NCBI GenBank assembly: GCA_020638735.1
Contig: JACKHZ010000009.1
Location: 185,407-249,406 of the forward strand
Reading direction: 5' to 3'
DNA from: Planctomycetota bacterium
GTDB taxonomy: Bacteria > Planctomycetota > UBA1135 > UBA2386
Length of the DNA: 64,000 nt
Shown here: positions 1 to 9,184 of the stretch, piece by piece
Position numbering within the stretch: the first letter of the stretch is position 1
Layout: each line of letters starts with the position of its first letter
Made by a program: the position numbers and the translations under genes
Notes under the pieces: generated by a model
What the model was told of the DNA's origin: nothing
The model's database searches: none
The model's input: the letters and a program-made list of their open reading frames with translations, nothing else

Positions 1-339
1 CAGAACGACGAACTGACGATGCGCTTCGCCAACGGCAACGACCTGTGGCTGCACGTCGGCGGCGGCCGGCCCGGCTCGCACGTCGTCGTGCGCCTGCCGA
101 AGAACAAGAGCGCGAGCCTCGAGACGCTGCTCGACGCGGCGACGCTGGCGGTGCACTTCTCGAAGGCGCGCGGCGAACCGCGCATCGACGTGATCTACAC
201 GCCGCGCAAGCACGTGCGCAAGCCGAAGGGCCTGCCGCCGGGCGCCGTCGTGCCGTCGCAGACCAAGACCATCACCGTGCTGTCGGACGATGCGCGGCTG
301 CGCCGCGTCCTCGATACCGGCGGCGACGACGACGCGTAG
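1..339 (+). CDS. NFACT-R/DUF814 domain protein, C-terminal fragment (gene starts upstream of the window)
   Basis: Frame 1 is open from nt 1 to TAG at 337-339. The peptide NDLWLHVGGGRPGSHVVVRLPK...IDVIYTPRKHVRKPKGLPPGAV looks like the conserved DUF814 core of RqcH/FbpA-type proteins. Composition is normal, unlike the overlapping Arg-rich frames. Confidence 0.6.
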   Translation, partial: QNDELTMRFANGNDLWLHVGGGRPGSHVVVRLPKNKSASLETLLDAATLAVHFSKARGEPRIDVIYTPRKHVRKPKGLPPGAVVPSQTKTITVLSDDARLRRVLDTGGDDDA

Positions 340-348
340 GCCCGCGCG

Positions 349-1581
349 CTACAGCCCGCCGCGACGCGGCTCGGCGGCGACCAGGTCGTCGTCCGTGCCG
401 AACTCGCCGTCGGCGCCGGCGCTGACCGCCTCCCAGCGCGAGCCGGTGGCGCGCTTGCGCAGTACGTAGTCGTGACCCCACGGGTCGACCAGCGACCCCG
501 CGTAGGCCGGCTGGCCGTCGCGCTGCAGCTTCGCCAGTTCGCGCGGCGTCGGCACCGCGTCGGGGTGCGTCGCGAGCCGGTGGTCGCGGCCGGCCTCGGC
601 CAGCTGCGCGAGGTCCTTCTTGCACTGCCGACGCTGCTGATAGAGCTCGCGATCGAACTTGGGATCGGGCCGCGGCGTGCAGTCCCATGCCGGCAGCCAC
701 TCGTGGGCGACCTTGTGGAAGCCGAAGTCGTCGATCAGGTGACGCTCCATGTCGGTCAGGTGCGCGGCGCCGTAGTAGATGCCGAGCCGCTGGTGGCCCT
801 TCGCCAGCTCGCGCTTCAGCACCTGCAGACACTTCTGGTTGCGACCTTCGAGCAACGTCGAACCCTCGCCGCCGGCGGCCAGCAGCTCCATCTGCTCCAT
901 CTGCTGCGCGAGGGTGATGCGGAGCAGGTGCCGGCCCTGACCGCTGCGGAACGCCTTGACCAGGTCGAACGGCTGCGCCCCAGCCCGCTCACCCGCGCCC
1001 TCGTCGGCGGCACGATCGGCCAGCTCGCGCTCCATGTCCATGCCGTTCATCATCATGTTCATCATGATCGACAGCAGGCTCTCGCCGCGCTCGGCCATCG
1101 ACGACTCGAACTCCTGTGGCGTCATGTCGGCGTGCACGAAGTTGTCCGCCTGGTAGTCCACCTCGTCGAGCTGGAACGACAGCTGCATGCTGTTCTTCAT
1201 GCCGTTCTGCAGCAGCCCGATGGGGTTGAAGCCGCCGCGGTCGCGGTCCTTGGTCGGCCGGTAGTCGGCCGGGCCGACCAGCTCGTAGAGCAGCACGTCG
1301 CAGGTCGTGAAGCGGTCGTTGAGCTCCTGGTAGAGCGCCGGATCGGCGATGTGCACGGCGCCGTAGAACACCACCTGCACGCCGTCCTTCTCGTAGGTCG
1401 TGACCGCCGTGTCGAGGTGACCGCCGTCGCCGTCCTTGACGAAGCGCACGAAGTCGCTCGGCACCTGCGTCGGGCCGTCTCCCGGCTGCGGCTCCTGCTC
1501 CGCGGTCGGTTCCTGCGCCGCAGGCATCGCGGGCAGGGGGAACGTCAACGCGGAGAGGACCGCCAGCGTGCGCACGAACAT
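349..1581 (-). CDS. Secreted TraB/GumN-like protein with a GspG-like (type II secretion pseudopilin) C-terminal motif
   Basis: Start set at Met42 of ORF 349..1704 (MFVRTLAVLSALTFPLPAMPAAQEP, a signal peptide). VVFYGAVHIADPALYQEL and LGIYYGAAHLTDMERHL resemble TraB/GumN motifs. The tail is DPWGHDYVLRKR...VSAGADGEFGTDDDL. Confidence 0.6.
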   Translation of the reverse strand: MFVRTLAVLSALTFPLPAMPAAQEPTAEQEPQPGDGPTQVPSDFVRFVKDGDGGHLDTAVTTYEKDGVQVVFYGAVHIADPALYQELNDRFTTCDVLLYELVGPADYRPTKDRDRGGFNPIGLLQNGMKNSMQLSFQLDEVDYQADNFVHADMTPQEFESSMAERGESLLSIMMNMMMNGMDMERELADRAADEGAGERAGAQPFDLVKAFRSGQGRHLLRITLAQQMEQMELLAAGGEGSTLLEGRNQKCLQVLKRELAKGHQRLGIYYGAAHLTDMERHLIDDFGFHKVAHEWLPAWDCTPRPDPKFDRELYQQRRQCKKDLAQLAEAGRDHRLATHPDAVPTPRELAKLQRDGQPAYAGSLVDPWGHDYVLRKRATGSRWEAVSAGADGEFGTDDDLVAAEPRRGGL

Positions 1582-1624
1582 GCCCACATGATCGGCTGGA
1601 TCCGCGCGCGCCACAAGCGCGCGT

Positions 1625-3322
1625 TCAGCGGCGGCCCGGCGCGGGCCAGGTGAGCACCTGTCCGACAGCGTCGAGCCGCGGCCCAAGCGCTTCGTACGGC
1701 ACATCCTGCACCGCCAGGTCGCGCTCGATGCAAAGCCCGGCGGCGACCGCCGCCGACTGCGCCAGGACCATGAACACCGGCTCCATGCGCACCGAGCCGA
1801 AGGCGATGTGGCTGGCGCTCAGGCACACCGGCACCAGCAGGTTGTCGACCTCGCCGCGCTTCGGCACCAGCGCCCGGTAGGAGATGCCGTACGGCTTCGG
1901 CACGCGCACCTGCACGTCGCCTTCGTTGCGCACCGCGCCGTCGGCGGCGACGTAGCGTTGCACGTTGTGGCTGTCCATCGTGTAGGCGGCGAGCCCGACC
2001 GGGTCGACGCACGCCTCGCGGCCCATGCAGTGATGCTCGGTGACGACGAAGTCCCCGACCAGGCGCCGGCCTTCGCGCACGTAGAGCAGCGGCGGCCAGT
2101 GGCCGTTGTCGACGAACTCGTCGGCGGCGAGACCGAAGCGCTGGAAGTGCTCGCGCACCTTCACCGGCACGCGCGCGTGGTTGGCCAGCGTCCACAACAG
2201 GCCCTGCTGGTAGCGGCGGTGGCCGACGGCGAGCGCCGCGCGCTCGGCATGGCTGGCCGTCGGCCAGTCGTAGTTGCCGCCGATCCAGTCGCTGGAGAAC
2301 GCGCCGTTGTTGTTGCTGTCGGTCTTGCGGTTGGGCATCCACACCGGGTGCCACGGCGCCATCGTGCTGCCGGCCTCGAAGTGGCGCAGCAGCAGCTCGT
2401 AGTCGCGCTCGTCGTAGCCTTCGGGCTTGGGCCACGGCAGGCGATTGTCGGGGTCGTCCGTGGCGCAGATGCGGTAGCAGTACGCCTGCACGCGCGCGTC
2501 GGCGGCGCCTTCCTCGCCGGGGCCGCCGTCGTGCACACCCGACACCAGCCCGCTCGACGGGTCGCCCGGCACGACGTAGGCGTCGACCCGGCCCGAGAAC
2601 TGGTGCTTGGTCGCGTTCGCCGTCTGCACGCCGTTCAACGTCTCGCCGTAGGTGGCGTTGGCCTCGCGGCCGACCGTGAACGCGCAGCCGGCGGCGGCCA
2701 GCAGGTCGCCTTCGTAGCTGCAGTCGAGGTAGACGCGGGCGGCGACGACGACGCCGTCGGTACAGGCGACGGCGCGGATGCGTCCGCCCTCGACGGTGAC
2801 GCCGCCGGGGCCGCGGTCGAGCTTCGCGCGCCGCGGCACGATGCCGGCCTCGGCCAGCATCTCCCGCATGATCGCGTGCGCGACGCCGGGCTCGAACGTC
2901 CACGCCGCGTCGCTGCTCTCGTCGTGACCGCGCCCCTGGAACTCGTCGCGCCGCTGCCGCGTCCACGCCGCCGGGTCGTCGTAGTGCTGCTTCAACCGCT
3001 GGTAGAAGCCGCGCGACATGCCGCCGATCGCGTCCTTGTTGCCGACGTCGGTGGCGCCGAGGCCGGACGTCGTCAGGCCGCCGACCCAGTCGTCGCAGTC
3101 GAGCAGGATCACCGAGTGACCGTCGGCCCGCGCCTGCAGCGCCGCGATCACGCCTGCCGACGTCGCCCCGTAGACGCACACGTCGCATCGTTCGACGCCG
3201 AGGACGCGCGGCGATCCGGCGCAACCGTGGCCAACCGCGACGACGACCAACGACCACAACGCAGCGCAAAGCCACCGCACCCCCGACCAACCCTGTGCCA
3301 CCATCACGACCTCCTCATTCAC
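1625..3322 (-). CDS. FAD-dependent oxidoreductase (PF12831-like), exported
   Basis: Dinucleotide-binding motif CVYGATSAGVIAALQARADGHSVILLD follows a hydrophobic N-terminus. Composition is normal over 565 aa. The true start may be Met7 (nt 3304). Confidence 0.75.
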   Translation of the reverse strand: MNEEVVMVAQGWSGVRWLCAALWSLVVVAVGHGCAGSPRVLGVERCDVCVYGATSAGVIAALQARADGHSVILLDCDDWVGGLTTSGLGATDVGNKDAIGGMSRGFYQRLKQHYDDPAAWTRQRRDEFQGRGHDESSDAAWTFEPGVAHAIMREMLAEAGIVPRRAKLDRGPGGVTVEGGRIRAVACTDGVVVAARVYLDCSYEGDLLAAAGCAFTVGREANATYGETLNGVQTANATKHQFSGRVDAYVVPGDPSSGLVSGVHDGGPGEEGAADARVQAYCYRICATDDPDNRLPWPKPEGYDERDYELLLRHFEAGSTMAPWHPVWMPNRKTDSNNNGAFSSDWIGGNYDWPTASHAERAALAVGHRRYQQGLLWTLANHARVPVKVREHFQRFGLAADEFVDNGHWPPLLYVREGRRLVGDFVVTEHHCMGREACVDPVGLAAYTMDSHNVQRYVAADGAVRNEGDVQVRVPKPYGISYRALVPKRGEVDNLLVPVCLSASHIAFGSVRMEPVFMVLAQSAAVAAGLCIERDLAVQDVPYEALGPRLDAVGQVLTWPAPGRR

Positions 3323-4910
3323 GCATCAGGAACACGTAGACGCTCTCGTCCTTCGGCCCCACCCAGCACGGCAGGTAGAGGGCCAGCTCGAGCTCGCTGT
3401 GCAGCCGTTCCCACAGCCCGCCCGGGTCCTTCTCCATGAGCTCCGGCCGCTTGACCATCACCGCCAGCAGCTGCTTGCGCCGCGCGGCGATGCGGCGGTG
3501 GAAGTCGAAGTAGCCGTCGAGCCCTGGCTCGTGCAGCTGCTTGCCCTTCTCCTTGCCGAGCTCGTCCGTGCCGTCCCGGATCATGTAGTCCTGGATCGTG
3601 TGCACCTCGACGTTCGGATGCGGGTCGCCGTCGGTGACGAACCAATGCCGCCGCCGCAGGTAGTAGAGCATCGTCGGCTGGCTGATGGTCATCACGTGCA
3701 GGCCCTGCTGGCCGCGCCGCTGCGCCTCCTGCTCGACGAACGCGACCGCTTCGGCCCAACGCGGCCGCTGACCGTGCTGGGTCGTGTAGTAGAGCACATC
3801 GAGCTGCACCAGCTCGCCGACGACCATCAGCGGCAGCGCCGCGGCGACCGCGACGCGGCCGAACGGTGCGAGCCGCTCCGTCAGGCTCCGACGCCGCACG
3901 GTCTCGAACACACGCGCGCAGGTGAACGCCACCAGCCATGTGACGGCCGGTAACGTGCAGATCGAGTAGCGGGCCGTGACCTTGACGATGCTCGCGCTGA
4001 CTGCGGCGAGCACCAGGAACGGCACCGCTGCCATCGCCGTCAACAGCAGCCCACGTTGCCGCTCGTGCGATCGCATCGCCAGCCCGGCGCCGACCGCCGC
4101 GAACAGCAGCTGCGTCGGTCGGAAGTAGTAGGCCGACGTCTCGACGAAGTGGCGCAGCGACGCGCCGCCCCCCTTCGCCTCCAGGAACTCCTCGAACGGC
4201 GCGTACTCGTCGACCAACCACGGCACGCCGACGAGCAGCAGGGCGAGCAGCGCCGTCGACCAAATCGCGGTGCGCGCGACCGACGCGCCACCCGGCCGGC
4301 GCCGCGCGACAAGGAACACCAGGAGCCCCACCGCCAGCGTCGCGGTCGGCGGATGGCTCATCGTGCCCACCAGCAACGCCGCCCCCGCCTGACCGAGGTG
4401 CAGCAGCCGTCGGCTGTCCTGCCACGCGCAGACGCGCTCGACGAACCACACCGCCGCCGCGACCGCGAGCACGTAGAAGCGCGCGTTCTGGCTCCAGAAC
4501 ACGTGCCACGGGTGGATCGCCAGCAGCCCGGCGGCAAGCACCGCGGGCCACGCGCCGATCAGCCGCCGGCCGCACGACGCCATCAGCGGCACCGTCAGGA
4601 TCCCGACCAACGCGAACGGCAGCCGCAGCGATCCCTCGTCGAAGCCCGTCACGCCGACCCCGATCAGGAACCGCAACAGCATCGGCGCCACCGGGTAGAA
4701 CCTGCGGTCGGTGGCGAGGAACCCGTAATCCCCGGTCAGCCGCATCGTCGCGTCGCGCCACGTGTGCGCCTCGTCCACCCAGAACGACCAGGCGCCGAGG
4801 TCGAACAACCGCAGCCCCGCTGCGACCGCCGTCACGACGCCGACCACGAGCCACTGCCTGCGCGTGAACGTCGGTGCTGCAGGGGGTTGCGGAGGTCTGC
4901 TGGACGGCAT
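3315..4910 (-). CDS. GT-C fold glycosyltransferase, family 39 (ArnT/PMT-like)
   Basis: Start set at Met176 of ORF 3315..5435 (MPSSRPPQPP; CAT at 4908-4910). Many TM helices, the first-loop motif FWVDEAHTW, and a soluble C-terminal domain. The 175 upstream codons are Arg/Gly-rich and look spurious. Confidence 0.75.
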   Translation of the reverse strand: MPSSRPPQPPAAPTFTRRQWLVVGVVTAVAAGLRLFDLGAWSFWVDEAHTWRDATMRLTGDYGFLATDRRFYPVAPMLLRFLIGVGVTGFDEGSLRLPFALVGILTVPLMASCGRRLIGAWPAVLAAGLLAIHPWHVFWSQNARFYVLAVAAAVWFVERVCAWQDSRRLLHLGQAGAALLVGTMSHPPTATLAVGLLVFLVARRRPGGASVARTAIWSTALLALLLVGVPWLVDEYAPFEEFLEAKGGGASLRHFVETSAYYFRPTQLLFAAVGAGLAMRSHERQRGLLLTAMAAVPFLVLAAVSASIVKVTARYSICTLPAVTWLVAFTCARVFETVRRRSLTERLAPFGRVAVAAALPLMVVGELVQLDVLYYTTQHGQRPRWAEAVAFVEQEAQRRGQQGLHVMTISQPTMLYYLRRRHWFVTDGDPHPNVEVHTIQDYMIRDGTDELGKEKGKQLHEPGLDGYFDFHRRIAARRKQLLAVMVKRPELMEKDPGGLWERLHSELELALYLPCWVGPKDESVYVFLMRE

Positions 4911-5042
4911 GTCGAGGCGCTGGGTATGCGGCAGGCTAGCCCCGGTGCCGTCCGGCGCAATGACGAGGAGGCCGCCCGGCGGGCCGGGGATGGGGCCAAC
5001 TGCGGGGAGCGCGGCAGGCGCGGATGGGGTAGCCTTCCTGGA

Positions 5043-6860
5043 ATGATCTCCCGCCTCGTTCCGTGCATCGCGGCGGCGGTGGCCGTGTACGTCGGGGAAG
5101 GCGCGCATGCGCAGCTCCCCGTCAACGCCGCCACGCTGCCGGCGCCCGCCGACTCCTACGCGACCGAGTCCGGCGGCTTCCTGCTGTCGATCCCCGGGGT
5201 CGCAGGTGACTTCGTGCTGTTCGGCGACGGTGAGTGGCAGCTGCGGCCCGATGACACCGCGCGGTGGACCGCGGTGGCGCAGAGCGCGGCCGCCGTCGAT
5301 CGCGACCTGTTCGTCGAGCTCACGTTCAGCGGCCTGCTGCAACCGGGCGACGCCAACCACCCGCCCGCAGGCGCGCCGGTGACGACCCTCGACGCCGGCG
5401 CCTACACCCCGCTCGGCCCGGTCGATCCGTCGCAATGGCGCTACTTCACGCAGGTCACCGGCACGATCACCGGGCTGCGCGCGTACGACGGCGCCCGGAT
5501 CGACGTCGCCAACCTCGGCCCGGCCCAGGTCGGCGACGGCGCCACCAACAAGAACGCGCTCTCCGGCCTCGCCTGCGACCTCATCCTGACCGTCGTGCAG
5601 GCGCCGACCTCGGCGTCGTTCGCGCCGACCGGGGCGGCCCAGCTGCGGGCGATGTTCGCGCCAGACCTGTCACTGTGCGCGACGCACGTCGACGACGACC
5701 CGCAGGTCAGCGGGACGGCCGGACGCACCGCCATGCTGCTGCCCGGTATCGCCGACGACTACCTCTGGCTGCCGTCGGGATCGTGGGCAGAGTCTGCCGA
5801 CGGCACCGCGACGATGACCGGCACGCTGCAACGGCAGGGCGACTACGCGGACGCGTGGCAGCTCGACCTGACGCTCGGCGGCCTCACGCTGCCCGGCGAC
5901 GTCAGCCATCCGCCGGTCGGCGCGCCGGACCAGCAGCTGCTGGCGACGATCTACGCGGCGCAGGGCGGACCGATCGATCCGTCGCACTGGCGCTACTACA
6001 CGACCGCGAGCGGCAGCCTGACCGGCCTCGGCATCAACGACGGCGGCCTCGTGCAGCTCGCCGCGGCGAGCGCGTTCCAGGTCGGCGTCGGCGCGGCGCA
6101 GGGCAACCAGTTCTTCGGCGTGGGCGGCACCCTGACGGTGTCGCTGCAGCAGCAGCCGCTGGCCCGCACGGTGGTCGCCACGGGCGACGCGACGCTGCGC
6201 GCCAACCTCGCCACCGCCTGCATCCTGCCGCCGCCGATGATCCTGACCGGCAACGGCCAGTCGATCGACAACGTCGGTGACGCCGTCCTGCAGTTCACCG
6301 GCACCGACCTCGGCTTCGTCGCCCAGGTCGCGCTCGGCCCCTACATCCTCGGCGACGACCAGCGCCGCTGGTTCGACGGCTACTTCCAGGTCGTCGACCA
6401 CGAGACCATCGAGGTGTCGGTGCCGCAGGCGCTGCCGGCGTCGTTCTACCCGATGACGATGCTCAACCCGACGCGCAGCAGCAACCAGATCGGCGTGACG
6501 CTGGTCGAGCCGGCGACGCGCACGCTGGCGACCGAGACGGAACGCTTCGTCGGCGAAGTGCAGAACCTCGTCGTGCACCAGGGCGACGTGCAGGGCTTCG
6601 CGTTCAACCTGCTGCTGGTGAGCTTCTCCGACCAGCCGAGCTTCGCGCCCGGCATCGTCGACCTGCAGATCGGCGCGCAGTTCAGCGACGTGCAGACCCT
6701 GGCGGTGCTGGTGCAGGACCCGGTGTTGCACACGTCGATCCTGTCGACCCAGATCCCGCCGATCCTGGCGGGCTACACGCTGCACTGGCAGGCGGCGTTG
6801 ATGGACCAGACCATCTTCCCGCTGCTGCCCACCAACGCGCGCTCGACGCAATACCTCTAG
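5043..6860 (+). CDS. Secreted protein with an internal ~184-aa tandem duplication and an IPT/TIG-like C-terminal part
   Basis: ATG at 5043 in the frame of ORF 4056..6860. Signal peptide MISRLVPCIAAAVAVYVGEGAHA/QLP. Two clearly related segments (see the repeat feature). The earlier part of the ORF is antisense to the GT39 gene. Confidence 0.7.
   Translation: MISRLVPCIAAAVAVYVGEGAHAQLPVNAATLPAPADSYATESGGFLLSIPGVAGDFVLFGDGEWQLRPDDTARWTAVAQSAAAVDRDLFVELTFSGLLQPGDANHPPAGAPVTTLDAGAYTPLGPVDPSQWRYFTQVTGTITGLRAYDGARIDVANLGPAQVGDGATNKNALSGLACDLILTVVQAPTSASFAPTGAAQLRAMFAPDLSLCATHVDDDPQVSGTAGRTAMLLPGIADDYLWLPSGSWAESADGTATMTGTLQRQGDYADAWQLDLTLGGLTLPGDVSHPPVGAPDQQLLATIYAAQGGPIDPSHWRYYTTASGSLTGLGINDGGLVQLAAASAFQVGVGAAQGNQFFGVGGTLTVSLQQQPLARTVVATGDATLRANLATACILPPPMILTGNGQSIDNVGDAVLQFTGTDLGFVAQVALGPYILGDDQRRWFDGYFQVVDHETIEVSVPQALPASFYPMTMLNPTRSSNQIGVTLVEPATRTLATETERFVGEVQNLVVHQGDVQGFAFNLLLVSFSDQPSFAPGIVDLQIGAQFSDVQTLAVLVQDPVLHTSILSTQIPPILAGYTLHWQAALMDQTIFPLLPTNARSTQYL
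5181..6158 (+). repeat. Intragenic tandem duplication (two ~140-aa copies, period ~184 aa)
   Basis: Copy A: LLSIPGVAGDF...LQPGDANHPPAGAP...GPVDPSQWRYFTQVTGTITGL...QVGDGA. Copy B: MLLPGIADDY...TLPGDVSHPPVGAP...GPIDPSHWRYYTTASGSLTGL...QVGVGA. Confidence 0.8.
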
Positions 6861-6886
6861 GCGTCGCGGCCGCGGTCGGCGGTAGA

Positions 6887-8074
6887 GTGCGCACCATGCG
6901 CTTCCGTCCGCTCGTCAGTCCATCCGCCGTCCTGCTCCTGGTGTGCGCCAGCTGCACGCTGTTCGGCGCTGGCGAGCGTGGCGCCGACGCGGGTGGCGCC
7001 GGCGAGCCGACCGACGCCGTGGTAGAGCCCGCAGCTTCCGCAGTGGCGGAGCAGCCGGCGGCCGCCGGACGTCCAGCCCTCGCCGAGGCCGCGCTCGGTG
7101 GACTCGATCCCGTGCTGCTGTGCCGCGGGGACCGCTTCCCCGGCGACCCGCAGCTCCGCGTGCAGCACGAGGGCAACGAATACCGCTTCGTCGACGCCGA
7201 CTCGCAGGCGACGTTCCTCGTCGATCCAGGGCGCTACGCGATCCAGCTCGGCGGCGCCTGCGCGCGCATGGGCGCGCTCAGCGGCCCCGGCTCACCGCAG
7301 CGCTTCCTGGTCCACGACGGCCGCATCTACGCCTTCGCCAGCGACGCCTGTCGCGACGGCTTCGCTCAGGCCCCGGCGCGCTGCCTGTTCTCGCCGGCGC
7401 CGCCGCCCGAAGGCGCCGAGGCGGACGGCGAGGCCGATGCACTGTGGCAGCAGGCGGCGGCGGCGCACGGCGACGCGTGGCACACCTTGCGCTGGGCGGC
7501 GAGCCGCGCGACCGGCGAGGCGACCGTGACCACCCGCACCGCGATCGCGGCGGCAGGCGCGCTGCGCGTCGACACCGACTACGTTCAGGGCGACAAGGTC
7601 TGGCGATACGCGCGCGCTGTCAGCGGCGACGAGGGCTGGTTCGTCGACGACGGCACCCCGCGACCGATGTATGCCGCCGCCCGCCGAGCGATGCTGCGCG
7701 AGCTGCACCGCGAACCGTTGGTCGCGCTGCGTCACGACGACGGGACCCGCTCGGTGCGCGGCGAGGCGCGCGAGGTCTGCGGCGCCGCGGTGACCGAGGT
7801 GCTGCTGTGGTTCGACGGCGAGGTGGTCGCGTTCGGCGTCGACGCCGAGCACCACGTGCGCAGCGCACGCTTCCGCGGCCTCGGCGCCGACCAGCGCTAC
7901 TGCGAGGTCGTCCAGTTCTTCGACGACCTCCGCCCCGTCGGCGGCGTGCTCGTGCCGACCACCGTGCGCGTGTTCCACGATGGCGTCGAGCAGCCGGGCC
8001 TGACGGTGCACCGCAGCGACGTGCAGGTGGACGACGGCGTGCCGGCCGACTGGTTCACCGCGCCGGGCTCGTGA
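6887..8074 (+). CDS. Probable lipoprotein, hypothetical (two YHS-like segments, tentative)
   Basis: N-terminus MRTMRFRPLVSPSAVLLLVCASC is signal-peptide and lipobox-like. Segments DPVLLCRGDRF...EGNEYRFVDADSQATFLVDPGRYA and HDGRIYAFASDACRDGF resemble YHS-type modules. Composition is normal. Confidence 0.6.
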   Translation: MRTMRFRPLVSPSAVLLLVCASCTLFGAGERGADAGGAGEPTDAVVEPAASAVAEQPAAAGRPALAEAALGGLDPVLLCRGDRFPGDPQLRVQHEGNEYRFVDADSQATFLVDPGRYAIQLGGACARMGALSGPGSPQRFLVHDGRIYAFASDACRDGFAQAPARCLFSPAPPPEGAEADGEADALWQQAAAAHGDAWHTLRWAASRATGEATVTTRTAIAAAGALRVDTDYVQGDKVWRYARAVSGDEGWFVDDGTPRPMYAAARRAMLRELHREPLVALRHDDGTRSVRGEAREVCGAAVTEVLLWFDGEVVAFGVDAEHHVRSARFRGLGADQRYCEVVQFFDDLRPVGGVLVPTTVRVFHDGVEQPGLTVHRSDVQVDDGVPADWFTAPGS

Positions 8075-8142
8075 CCCCGAGCATCCGCACGACGTCGCCG
8101 ATTCCTGCAACCTCGCCGGGGTCGGCGCCGGTAGAGCACGGC

Positions 8143-8673
8143 GTGAGCACGGACCGCGCCCCTGACTGCCCCCCCTGTCAGGTCGACCCGGAGCAGTCGC
8201 TGCGCGAGCTGATCGCCCGCACGATGCCGGAGCTGCGCGCGTTCGTGCGCCGGCTCTGCGGCAACCAGCACGACGCCGACGACGTGCTACAGGACGCGCT
8301 GACCAAGGCCTGGCGCCTGCGCGCCGGCTTCGACCCGACGCAGAACGGCGTCGCCTGGCTGCAACGCGCCGCGTTCCACAGCTTCTGCGACCTGCGCCAG
8401 CGTCTTCGCCGCGCACCGTCGGCGTCGGCGGCCGCGCTCGACGTCGACGCGGCCCCGGCGCCGCCCGCCGCCTGCGCCGCCGAACTGCGCGACGAACTCG
8501 GCCAGCGCCTGCTGCGCCTCGACGAGCTGGCGCGCACGCTGCTGCTCGGTTTCCACCGCGACGGCCGCTCGCTGCGTGAACTGGCGCGCGACCATCGCCT
8601 GCCGCTCAACACCGTCAAGTCGCACCTGCACCGCGCCCGCCGCGAGCTGCGGTCGCACCACGAGCACCCATGA
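8143..8673 (+). CDS. ECF (sigma-70 family) RNA polymerase sigma factor
   Basis: GTG at 8143 in the frame of ORF 6943..8673. Sigma2 DADDVLQDALTKAWR...GVAWLQRAAFHSFCDLRQ. Sigma4 LLLGFHRDGRSLRELARDHRLPLNTVKSHLHRARRELR. The start codon is uncertain. Confidence 0.8.
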   Translation: MSTDRAPDCPPCQVDPEQSLRELIARTMPELRAFVRRLCGNQHDADDVLQDALTKAWRLRAGFDPTQNGVAWLQRAAFHSFCDLRQRLRRAPSASAAALDVDAAPAPPAACAAELRDELGQRLLRLDELARTLLLGFHRDGRSLRELARDHRLPLNTVKSHLHRARRELRSHHEHP

Positions 8674-9149
8674 ACGCATCCCCGAACACCTCCGCGTGGA
8701 GCAACGCGGACTTCGAAGCCCGCCTGCAGCAGCGGCTCGACGAGCGCCGCGACCCGCTCGACGATCCGCAGCTCGTCGCCTGGCTCGACGCGCACCCCGA
8801 ACGGCTGGCTGCGTTCGCCGGGCTGCGCGACGACCTGCGCGGGCTCGGTGCGGAGTCCCCGCGTCCGGCAGCGGTGCCCCGTCGCGCCGCGCGCGTCGCG
8901 CTGGCCGCCGTCGCGGTCGTCGCGGTCGCCGGCACCGCGATCCTCGGCGTCGTGCTGCGCCAGCCGCCGCCGGCAGCGCCGGCCGCGCGTTCGCCCGGTC
9001 GCGTGCTGACCGCCAGCCTCGAGGGCCACCCGCCCCGGCTCTACGCCGCCGCCGACTTCGCCGTGCGCGAGTCGCTGACGACGACGCACTGGGCCGGCGG
9101 CGCGAAGCTCCGGCTCGAGACCTACTACCTCCACCACATCGCTCGCTGA
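8670..9149 (+). CDS. Anti-sigma factor (single-pass membrane protein)
   Basis: Its ATG overlaps the sigma gene's stop (ATGA at 8670-8673). One TM helix ARVALAAVAVVAVAGTAILGVVL. This position and architecture are typical of ECF anti-sigma partners. Confidence 0.7.
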   Translation: MNASPNTSAWSNADFEARLQQRLDERRDPLDDPQLVAWLDAHPERLAAFAGLRDDLRGLGAESPRPAAVPRRAARVALAAVAVVAVAGTAILGVVLRQPPPAAPAARSPGRVLTASLEGHPPRLYAAADFAVRESLTTTHWAGGAKLRLETYYLHHIAR

Positions 9150-9184
9150 TCCGGCCGCCGAAGACCCCGCAAGAGCCCCCATCG

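Noticed and set aside
4911-5435. Upstream extension of the GT39 gene ORF (175 codons), and likewise the upstream parts of ORFs 4056..6860, 8576..10111, 14066..15847, 35075..36613, 36623..38623, 55326..56945.
   Set aside because: The composition changes abruptly from Arg/Gly-rich to normal at an internal Met, Val or Leu that is followed by a signal peptide or a conserved N-terminal motif. The extensions overlap neighbouring genes.
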